Shown: piece by piece, positions 56,741-64,000 of the stretch
Position numbering within the stretch: position 1 is the first letter of the stretch
Layout: each line of letters starts with the position of its first letter
NCBI GenBank assembly: GCA_963677925.2
Contig: CAXXYH010000004.1
Location: 1,440,001-1,504,000, forward strand
Source: Spirochaetia bacterium
Lineage (GTDB): Bacteria > Spirochaetota > Spirochaetia > UBA9216
DNA length: 64,000 bases
Reading direction: 5' to 3'
The notes under the pieces: model-generated
The model's database searches: none
What the model was told of the DNA's origin: nothing
The model's input: only the letters and a program-made list of their open reading frames with translations
Translations under genes and position numbers: made by a program

Positions 56741-56779
56741 TGTAATGTTTCTGCAATGCTGGTGTAAGGTTACTGTTAT
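56741..56779. promoter_or_regulatory. Four direct repeats at 11-bp spacing (OmpR-family box-like)
   Basis: TGTAAT (56741), TGCAAT (56752), TGTAAG (56763), TGTTAT (56774). Confidence 0.55.
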
Positions 56780-56862
56780 AACTTATTATCAGAAATTAAC
56801 ACTGCAGGTTGAGGTTGAAGCAGCGAACTGCCGAAATGTCAGCCAATAAACAGGAGCGAAAA

Positions 56863-58326
56863 ATGGAAAACAGAAAAGGAAACAAAAAACTTCTTATTGT
56901 TTCAGCAGTGATACTTATAAGTCTGGTTTCTGCTGGAACAGTCTTTGCACAGAGAACCGGTTCAGTCGGAAGCAGTTCAACTTCCAGTTATGATGTGGCT
57001 GCGGCCTATCAGCAGAGTTTCAGAGACGTTGCGAGTGAGACTCTGCCGGTAGTCGTGGAAGTGAATGTTGTAAATGTCGTAAAGACTCAGGCTCTTCCTG
57101 ATGCCTTTAATTTTTTCTTCGGCAATCAGGACCAGAACAATCAGAACAGTCAGCCACGTGAATACAGACAGCAGGGCCTGGGGTCCGGTGTAATTGTACG
57201 GCATGACGGCAGCAAGGGATATATTCTTACAAATCACCATGTTGTCAACGGCGCGGATGAGATTCAGGTCACTCTATATGACGGCCGTGAATACGACGCG
57301 GAACTTGTCGGAAGTGATCCGAGACGTGACCTTGCTCTTATTAAAATTGAAACCAGGGAAGATCTGCCTGTCGCAGTCCTCGGAGATTCGGATGATCTCT
57401 ATGTAGGTGACTGGGTGTTTGCGGTCGGAAATCCCATGGGTTTTGAATCTACATTTACAGCGGGTATTGTCAGCGCTGTAGGCCGGGAATCTGATGAGAT
57501 AATTCAGGGCGGAAGTTTTACAGACTATATCCAGACTGATGCAGCTATCAATCCGGGCAACAGCGGAGGAGCGCTTGTAAACCTGAAAGGTGAGGTTATC
57601 GGCGTCAATTCATGGATTGCTACCCAGTCCGGCGGAAGCCAGGGGCTTGGATTCGCAATACCTATAAACAATGCCAAGAAGGCTATCAATGATTTCATTG
57701 AATCCGGCAGCGTGACTTACGGATGGCTCGGTGTAAATGTAAGAGATATTAGCGACGACAGCAAGGACAGTCTTGACCTCAAAGGAATAGACGGAGCCTT
57801 CATAAATGATGTGTTTATTAATTCCCCTGCTGAGGATGGCGGTCTTCTTCCAGGCGATTTTATAACAAAGGTTAACAACAGAGAAGTAAGCAACAGGAAT
57901 GACCTTGTAAAGATTATCGGAAACCTTGAACCTGACCGATGGACTACTTTCGAACTTTACAGGGACGGCAAGAAACAGAATGTCAGTCTTAAGATCGGCA
58001 GACGTGATGATGAGAAGAACATTGCGGATGACGGAAGCATAAATGTGTGGCCCGGACTGACAGTAGTTGAAGCAACAGATGAAGTCAGACAGTCACTGAA
58101 TCTTGATACCAACAAGGGAAGCGTCGTTGTTGCCAATGTTACAAAGGGAAGCCCTGCAGAAACGGCCGGACTCAGACCCGGGGATATTATACTCCGAGTT
58201 GACAATGACCGGATTAAGGACCTTGGCGAGTTCTACAGCAAAATGAATGATTCTGAAGATTCTGAAGTAATGCTGAGAGTTTACCGCGGTAACAGAGAGG
58301 CTATCATCGGGATAGTCAAGGATTAG
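56863..58326 (+). CDS. htrA: Do/DegP-family serine endoprotease with two PDZ domains
   Basis: GLGSGVI, TNHHVV, DLAL, TDAAINPGNSGG; RBS AGGAG before ATG 56863. Confidence 0.93.
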   Translation: MENRKGNKKLLIVSAVILISLVSAGTVFAQRTGSVGSSSTSSYDVAAAYQQSFRDVASETLPVVVEVNVVNVVKTQALPDAFNFFFGNQDQNNQNSQPREYRQQGLGSGVIVRHDGSKGYILTNHHVVNGADEIQVTLYDGREYDAELVGSDPRRDLALIKIETREDLPVAVLGDSDDLYVGDWVFAVGNPMGFESTFTAGIVSAVGRESDEIIQGGSFTDYIQTDAAINPGNSGGALVNLKGEVIGVNSWIATQSGGSQGLGFAIPINNAKKAINDFIESGSVTYGWLGVNVRDISDDSKDSLDLKGIDGAFINDVFINSPAEDGGLLPGDFITKVNNREVSNRNDLVKIIGNLEPDRWTTFELYRDGKKQNVSLKIGRRDDEKNIADDGSINVWPGLTVVEATDEVRQSLNLDTNKGSVVVANVTKGSPAETAGLRPGDIILRVDNDRIKDLGEFYSKMNDSEDSEVMLRVYRGNREAIIGIVKD

Positions 58327-58327
58327 G

Positions 58328-58482
58328 AAAACACACAAGGACAGTGTTTTATATAGTTTTTTCGGGCGGCCCGTCCCCCTCCATACAGTTTTCTCCTTAA
58401 CGGGGCGCCCGGGTTTCATTAATTCTCCTTCTAAATATACCGGCGGATGAGCAAGTTTTGTTCTTCCGCCGGTCCCTTTTTT
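58328..58482 (+). ncRNA. Candidate structured 3'-UTR-derived sRNA downstream of htrA
   Basis: Three predicted hairpins, C/U-rich anti-SD motifs CCCCCTCC and 2x TTCTCCTT, ending in an intrinsic terminator. Confidence 0.4.
58439..58482 (+). terminator. Intrinsic terminator
   Basis: ACCGGCGGA / TCCGCCGGT stem followed by CCCTTTTTT. Confidence 0.75.
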
Positions 58483-58550
58483 ATAAGCATGACTGATGCA
58501 AGAATGTACAAAACAGCCAATAAAATGCAGAATACGCCTGAGGTGACAAT

Positions 58551-60026
58551 ATGGCTGATGATTATAAAGATATTCCGGTTCTCCGGGCTGCAGACAGATA
58601 TTCTGATGAAGTTAAGGCAAGTTTCCGTATTCCGGGGCACCGGGCGGAAAGAGGTATCCCTGAACCCTTCAACAGGGCTGCAGAATCAGGATTTTTCAGG
58701 CTTGATCTTACAGAAACCCCTCTGACAGACGACCTGCACAGTCCTGAGGCCGCTATTGCAGAAGCTCAGAAGCTTGCTGCCGAAGCCTTCGGTGCAGGAC
58801 ACAGTTTTTTTCTGATTAACGGTTCAAGCTGCGGAAACGAATCGATGATCATGGCTGCAGCCGGTGAGGGTGAGAAAATCATCATCCCCCGGAACTCTCA
58901 TAAATCTGTAATGTACGGGCTGATATTCTCCGGAGCTGATCCTGTATACGTTAAGCCTGAATATAATGCAGAATTCAGTCTCTACTGCGGAATGCTTCCG
59001 CAGACGGTAAAGACCGCACTTGATGCCAATCCCGACTCAAAGGCCGTATTCGCCCTAAGTCCCACCTACCACGGCTTCTGCAGTGATTTAAAGGGTCTTT
59101 CAGGTGTCGCCCATGAAAAAGGCATTCCTGTGCTTGTAGATGAGGCTCACGGGGTTCATTACTACTTCAGCAGCAGAATGCCCGCCGGAGCTCTTGAGCT
59201 TGGCGCAGACGCCTGCGTCCAGAGCATTCACAAGACTGCGGGAGCCATGACTCAGGCGTCCATCCTTCATCTTGCAGAAAATTCCAATCTATCATATGAA
59301 CGGCTGAACTCCGCTCTTCGAATGACACAGAGCACAAGCCCCTCGTATCCGCTGATGATCAGTATCGATGCCGCCCGGTGGCAGCTGCAGCAGTCAGGCG
59401 AAGCGGATTGGGATTTTGCCTGTGAAAATTCTGAGTTTATAAAGGAACAGATTAAGAGTTCAGGCGTGTTCAAGTTTATATCTATGGAGATGACAGGCAG
59501 CAGGGGTATTACTGCAATGGACCCATGCAGGGTTATCATCAATACAGCCGCATCCGGAATAAACGGATATGATATGCGCAGAATCCTCTGGGATGATTAC
59601 CGGATAGATGTTGAATACGCTGATGATGCCAATATTCTGGCCATAGTGAGCCCCTACAGCAGCAGGAAGGAGGCTGAAGTTTTTGTAGACGCATTAAAAA
59701 ATATTGCAGCTGATCCGCAGATAAAAAGGCAGAAGGGCAGTGCAGAAAAGACTGTTATGCCCGAAATTCCGGAGGCTGTTTTAACGCCGCGAAAGGCCTG
59801 GTTTTCTCCGAAAAAGCAGGTTTCATTTGAGCAGGCGAGGGGTGCTGTTTCGGGAGAGATGATAGCTCCCTATCCGCCGGGAATTCCTGTGATTTATCCG
59901 GGTGAGGTGATAACAGATGAGATCTTTGAGTTTATAAAGCAGCTTAAGGCTGGAAAAAGACACTTTCACGGTCCGGCAGATCCGAGCCTTGATACTCTGA
60001 ATATTATTTCAGATAATGTAAACTAA
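58551..60026 (+). CDS. Orn/Lys/Arg decarboxylase (PLP-dependent)
   Basis: FRIPGH, FLINGSS, RNSHKS, VDEAHG, QSIHKT (PLP Lys), QSTSPSY, PYPPGIP. Confidence 0.9.
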   Translation: MADDYKDIPVLRAADRYSDEVKASFRIPGHRAERGIPEPFNRAAESGFFRLDLTETPLTDDLHSPEAAIAEAQKLAAEAFGAGHSFFLINGSSCGNESMIMAAAGEGEKIIIPRNSHKSVMYGLIFSGADPVYVKPEYNAEFSLYCGMLPQTVKTALDANPDSKAVFALSPTYHGFCSDLKGLSGVAHEKGIPVLVDEAHGVHYYFSSRMPAGALELGADACVQSIHKTAGAMTQASILHLAENSNLSYERLNSALRMTQSTSPSYPLMISIDAARWQLQQSGEADWDFACENSEFIKEQIKSSGVFKFISMEMTGSRGITAMDPCRVIINTAASGINGYDMRRILWDDYRIDVEYADDANILAIVSPYSSRKEAEVFVDALKNIAADPQIKRQKGSAEKTVMPEIPEAVLTPRKAWFSPKKQVSFEQARGAVSGEMIAPYPPGIPVIYPGEVITDEIFEFIKQLKAGKRHFHGPADPSLDTLNIISDNVN

Positions 60027-60124
60027 AGTATTTTTTGGGTGGATAGCATGATATGCTTAATGGGATATCCATAAAAATGCTTCAGCGGTTTTGAAATAAT
60101 AATAAAGAGAGGTATATTACATCA

Positions 60125-60424
60125 ATGATGGATTTGAATGATTTTACAAGAGTTGAAGGTGAGAAGAATGATAAGGAGCTTGTTTTCCTGGGGCTCTCAA
60201 CATGCGGATTCTGCAGAAAGGCGAAGACTTTTCTGAATGAAGGGAATTATGCCTATCATTTTGTAGATGTGGATAAACTGGACAGGGATGAGAGAATGAA
60301 GATTAAGGATGAGATTAAAAAGAGATTTACACCTGATATTCTCTATCCTTTTCTTATAGTTAACGATGATCATTACATTTCGGGTTTCAAACAGGCCGAC
60401 TGGGAAAAGGAGCTGGACACCTGA
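60125..60424 (+). CDS. Glutaredoxin-like protein
   Basis: LSTCGFCRKAK, YPFL (cis-Pro), ISGF. Confidence 0.85.
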   Translation: MMDLNDFTRVEGEKNDKELVFLGLSTCGFCRKAKTFLNEGNYAYHFVDVDKLDRDERMKIKDEIKKRFTPDILYPFLIVNDDHYISGFKQADWEKELDT

Positions 60425-60768
60425 TGGCTAAAAAGGAAATGAATCTCGATGATGTTGTTAAGTTTACCCGTAATGCTGCCTCCATGCACGGCTGGGCGGT
60501 GAATCCTGAAGAGGATTTTCACATGTCTATTGCAGAGGGGCTGCTTGTTAACTATAACCGTTACGGATATTTTCAGTGCCCCTGCCGTGAGGCCTGGGGT
60601 GAGAGAGAAAAAGACAGGGATGTAATCTGCCCATGTTCGTATTGTGCCGACGATGTTAAAGAGTACGGGCACTGTTACTGCGCACTTTACATGTCTGAAG
60701 ATTTTATAAAAAGCGGAGCTGAACCGGGCAGTATTCCGGAGCGGCGCCCTGATGAGCTGGCGCCGTAA
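60424..60768 (+). CDS. Ferredoxin-thioredoxin reductase catalytic subunit-like protein
   Basis: CPC, CPC and CYC motifs (YGYFQCPCR...ICPC...GHCYCALY). Confidence 0.9.
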   Translation: MAKKEMNLDDVVKFTRNAASMHGWAVNPEEDFHMSIAEGLLVNYNRYGYFQCPCREAWGEREKDRDVICPCSYCADDVKEYGHCYCALYMSEDFIKSGAEPGSIPERRPDELAP

Positions 60769-60803
60769 GACACTTAGTATAAAAAATATGGAGAAAGACA
60801 GAG

Positions 60804-61436
60804 ATGAAAGTTAAAAAATTGGCCTTACTTCTTGTCCTGCTGCTTGTAAGCGGAGTCTTTGTGTTCGCAGAAGAAGAAAATGTTTTCAGTAAGTATGACC
60901 AGTCGCTTGGTTTCTACGGAAACTCTACTGGTATGATGGGAATAAGTTATCAGGACTGGAACGGCCGTCTTGGCTATCAGGTTACCGGAGGATTCACATA
61001 CAGTGATGATTACGCGTTTGATGTTTATTCATATGATGGAGAAAATGTTCCTGTAGATATTTTTTCATATAATATCGGTGCTGAAGTATTCTATATGCTT
61101 TATGAAGATTCATATGATGACTGGCTTGCCGGTGCGCTATATGTGTTCGGAAACCTTACGCATATAGGCAGTATCAATACAGATATAACATTTACCGGAA
61201 CTACAATTACTCCAACAGAAGGGGATCCGTATACTGAATATTCAGCATCAGGAGAAACTGACCCTTATTTCACACCAGGCATTGGTCTGGCTGTAGGTGT
61301 AGGTTTTGAAATAGTTTTATTCGACCACTTTTCGATACCGGTTGAAGTAGGTTACGGCGGGGCATGGGAATTCAGTTCTATCGTTCCTGTTAACGGCGGT
61401 TTTATGGCCGGAGGCGGATTCAGATACCGCTATTGA
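60804..61436 (+). CDS. Putative outer-membrane beta-barrel protein
   Basis: Signal peptide ending VFA; Gly/aromatic alternating strands; C-terminal GGGFRYRY. Confidence 0.65.
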   Translation: MKVKKLALLLVLLLVSGVFVFAEEENVFSKYDQSLGFYGNSTGMMGISYQDWNGRLGYQVTGGFTYSDDYAFDVYSYDGENVPVDIFSYNIGAEVFYMLYEDSYDDWLAGALYVFGNLTHIGSINTDITFTGTTITPTEGDPYTEYSASGETDPYFTPGIGLAVGVGFEIVLFDHFSIPVEVGYGGAWEFSSIVPVNGGFMAGGGFRYRY

Positions 61437-62565
61437 TGATTACGCCTGCAAACAGCAGGAACCATATAATCAGTATCAGAATAATTGAAAATATATATCC
61501 GGGGGCCTTTGCTCCCGGTTTTTTTGTCTCTGAAGCTCCGGTCTTGTTTCCGGCGCTGTAGAGTGCAAGGATCTTCTGATCGAGTTTTGAGAAAAGCCCT
61601 TCCTTTCCAAGCCTTTCGCCCTCGGTAATCCGTTCAAAATAGTAGAATACAAGAGAGACAAGGCTTCCTATCCGTCCGGGAAAGCTCAGCCCCTGCCTGA
61701 TTGAGTACCGTGAGATGTATATCAGTCCGATCAGCATGAAGGATTTCTGCAGCCCTGATGCCAGTGCTCCCGCTGTGATTTTTACAGGACCTATTTCGGC
61801 AAGTACATAACCGATAGGCGTTATAAGGTTTGCCGCAGTAATACCTGCCAGCATGATAATATTCGGCAGAATACGTATCCTTTTTCCGGATATACCTGAA
61901 AGAATCATGAATAATACAGCCTCAAAAGTGATCAGCAGCAGATTCGGCTGAAAGACAAAAGCCGGGATCATGATCAGCCCGCAGATGAATTTGAACTTCG
62001 GATAATGTGATTTATTAACAGATATTTCAATATCAGCTGCTTTCAGGCTTCCGGCAGAAAATCCGGCATACCACTCCGATACAGCTGTAAACCTGGCTGT
62101 GAACAGTCCAAGCAGTATCGATGTAGCAAGGCCCACCGCAAGAAAGGGCGGCGCAATAAGTACAGCAGCCTGTCCGAAAATGACGGCACGTGCAAACAGC
62201 AGCTGTACTGCATTTGAAGCCATTGCCCCTGCAATGCTTATACCTACATAGGAAACCCGCTTTTTCAGTGCATAGAAAACTATAAGCATGACTGCTGTGC
62301 TTGCAAATGTTCCGGCTGCTGAGAACAGAAAGATATATGAAAAAAGTGTGCCGTTTATCAGTCCCTGCCCGAGAATCTTCAGCAGGGCCAGAAGAAAAAC
62401 TCCTGAAACCGGGAAAACTCCAAGTGAAATCAGAATCGGCAGATTTGCCAGGCCTAGACGCATAAAGGGCATTGGTTTGGGTATGAGGTATTCAATAACC
62501 GAAAGAAACATGCAGAAGGCTGCAAGGATGGCAGTATCAGTAACTGAGATCGTCGATTTCTTCAT
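61420..62565 (-). CDS. Gx transporter family (heptaprenyl diphosphate synthase component I-like) protein with EcfT-like C-terminal extension
   Basis: AAGGAGG RBS, ATG 62565; IEYLIPKPMPFMRLGLAN, VSYVGISIAGAMASN; then PIGYVLAEIGPVKITAGALASG. Confidence 0.75.
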   Translation of the reverse strand: MKKSTISVTDTAILAAFCMFLSVIEYLIPKPMPFMRLGLANLPILISLGVFPVSGVFLLALLKILGQGLINGTLFSYIFLFSAAGTFASTAVMLIVFYALKKRVSYVGISIAGAMASNAVQLLFARAVIFGQAAVLIAPPFLAVGLATSILLGLFTARFTAVSEWYAGFSAGSLKAADIEISVNKSHYPKFKFICGLIMIPAFVFQPNLLLITFEAVLFMILSGISGKRIRILPNIIMLAGITAANLITPIGYVLAEIGPVKITAGALASGLQKSFMLIGLIYISRYSIRQGLSFPGRIGSLVSLVFYYFERITEGERLGKEGLFSKLDQKILALYSAGNKTGASETKKPGAKAPGYIFSIILILIIWFLLFAGVIINSGI

Positions 62566-62914
62566 CCTGAGAACCTCCTTCAATCGATATGAATATTCTG
62601 TTGGGCAGGCATGCCGCCCAGTGTCCCGGTTTTGTAATATCACCCATGAGTACACAGAGTTTATCTTCACACGGTGAGTCTGAAATACTGGCTTTACCGT
62701 CTTTTATCACAATGTGCGAATGCCCGATCGGTCCTTCAATATCAAATTCCGCATCCTTATCAAGGGGGTAGATATACTGACCTTCATCACTGTCAATAAT
62801 GAGTCTGGCTGCCGAGGAGTTGCCCGTGTAGATCATAATCGAAAGAAGTACGATAGCAAGAACAGAAACCGCGGCAATAATATAGTCAAATGGTTTCAAT
62901 TGGCCTTTAAACAT
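62537..62914 (-). CDS. NusG domain II-containing protein (DUF1312)
   Basis: N-terminal TM anchor; DSPCEDKLCV..G.I....WAACLPNRIFI; start moved to ATG 62914. Confidence 0.85.
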   Translation of the reverse strand: MFKGQLKPFDYIIAAVSVLAIVLLSIMIYTGNSSAARLIIDSDEGQYIYPLDKDAEFDIEGPIGHSHIVIKDGKASISDSPCEDKLCVLMGDITKPGHWAACLPNRIFISIEGGSQDEEIDDLSY

Positions 62915-62999
62915 GTGCGGTATACTATATAATAAATATTGAAAAAGGTAAGCTTTTAGGTAATAATTTATCGAAAAAACTTTTAAATTCGGGTGGAAA

Positions 63000-63749
63000 A
63001 TGCTTGAAATAAGCGGCTGCAGAGCTGCATATGGTGACAATATTATTTTTGATGACCTCTCATGTTCCTTTGCTCCGGGAGATTCGGTGAGCATAGTGGG
63101 GGCTTCTGGCTGCGGGAAGTCTACTCTGGTCCTGACAGCCTCGGGATTGCTCAGTCCCTCTGTCGGCAGTGTAAGACTGGACGGGATGCCGCTTCAGCGC
63201 GGGGATTCCCGGGTAGGACTTATTCTTCAGAATTACGGACTTTTTCCCTGGATGACTGTTTTTGAAAATGCATCTCTGAGTCTCAGAATCAAGGGCGGAT
63301 TCAGAGGCAGAACCGTATCCGCCGATTCCCGGGTCCGGGTTATGGATATACTTAGGGAGCTTGGGCTTGAACAGAAGGAAAAGGAGTATCCGTCAAACCT
63401 CAGCGGCGGCGAACAGCAGCGGGTGGCAATTGCAAGGGCTATAGTAGCCAAACCGGAGGTTCTTCTGATGGATGAGCCCTTTTCAGCTCTCGATGCGATA
63501 AGCAGGGAGAATCTGCAGGATATGGTGAAGAATGTAATCATGCAGCATAAGCTGATGATGATAATGGTGACTCACAGTGTCGAGGAAGCTGTTTATATGG
63601 GCTCCCGTCTGATGATTATGAAAAAAACTGATAAGGGTGCAGTCCTTGATGAACTGCCCAATCCTTCATGGGACAGGCCTGATGTCCGCCTTGATGATCT
63701 GTACTTTTTGACTGTGAAGGAGCTTCGAAAAAGGCTGAAGAATGGGTGA
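63000..63749 (+). CDS. ABC transporter ATP-binding protein (NitT/TauT family)
   Basis: GASGCGKST, LFPWMTV, LSGGEQQRV, LMDEPFSALD, VTHSVEEA. Confidence 0.9.
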   Translation: MLEISGCRAAYGDNIIFDDLSCSFAPGDSVSIVGASGCGKSTLVLTASGLLSPSVGSVRLDGMPLQRGDSRVGLILQNYGLFPWMTVFENASLSLRIKGGFRGRTVSADSRVRVMDILRELGLEQKEKEYPSNLSGGEQQRVAIARAIVAKPEVLLMDEPFSALDAISRENLQDMVKNVIMQHKLMMIMVTHSVEEAVYMGSRLMIMKKTDKGAVLDELPNPSWDRPDVRLDDLYFLTVKELRKRLKNG

Positions 63750-64000
63750 ACTTACTGCTTTTTCTGAAATTGTCTCAGCTGTGGCCTTCTCTCTGGGAAG
63801 AATATTAGTTTCTTTGTTAATTGCAGTTGCAGCAGCAGTTCCGGCAGCGGTGTTTACCGGAACAAAACCTTTTCTATGTAGACTGTTTTCACCGCTTATC
63901 ATGTTTCTGTACTCCATCCCAAAAATAGCGCTTTTCCCGCTTGCACTGCTTGTTTTCGGATTCAACGATGCTGCCAGAATAATGACTGCAGCCCTTGTTG
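63742..64000 (+). CDS. ABC transporter permease (NitT/TauT family), 5' part (truncated by window end)
   Basis: Frame open from ATG 63742: MGELTAFSE...SLGRILVS...PLIMFLYSIPKIALFPLALLVFGF. Confidence 0.8.
   Translation, partial: MGELTAFSEIVSAVAFSLGRILVSLLIAVAAAVPAAVFTGTKPFLCRLFSPLIMFLYSIPKIALFPLALLVFGFNDAARIMTAALV

Noticed and set aside
62537-62914. Transcription factor NusG
   Set aside because: Only the domain-II-like fold with a TM anchor is present; no NGN or KOW domains
1-64000. CRISPR arrays, IS elements, prophage, tRNA/rRNA, known defence systems
   Set aside because: No repeat-spacer periodicity, transposase/integrase/phage motifs or RNA-gene signatures were seen by eye; intergenic gaps are short. 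A covariance-model search was not possible

Overview
Gene-dense bacterial chromosomal window of moderate GC. The gene content (PFOR, PtsP, Tex, EpmA/EF-P, CsgG-like outer-membrane proteins, Hsp70-like/OmpA fusion) is most consistent with an anaerobic diderm, probably a free-living spirochaete; this is inference. No rRNA, tRNA, CRISPR array, transposase or integrase was recognised. Main blocks: (1) a LacI-regulated sugar-uptake/catabolic operon (LacI-SBP fusion, Gfo/Idh/MocA oxidoreductase, TIM-barrel isomerase, CUT2 ABC transporter, URO-D-like enzyme); (2) two paralogous CsgG-like outer-membrane proteins around a second LacI; (3) PFOR; (4) a putative glucosylglycerate/mannosylglucosylglycerate cluster containing ptsP and an unannotated 54-codon gene with its own promoter, two operator-like palindromes and an anti-SD 3' tail; (5) epmA-efp; (6) NfeD-like plus two flotillins; (7) tex, nucleoside hydrolase, M16C peptidase; (8) an OmpR-family two-component system, a DUF1638-hydantoinase fusion and htrA, which has 11-bp periodic boxes upstream and a structured anti-SD-rich 3' region; (9) glutaredoxin-FTR and a NusG-II/Gx-EcfT pair. 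Several genes appear to be leaderless. All family assignments come from motif recognition by eye, not database searches.
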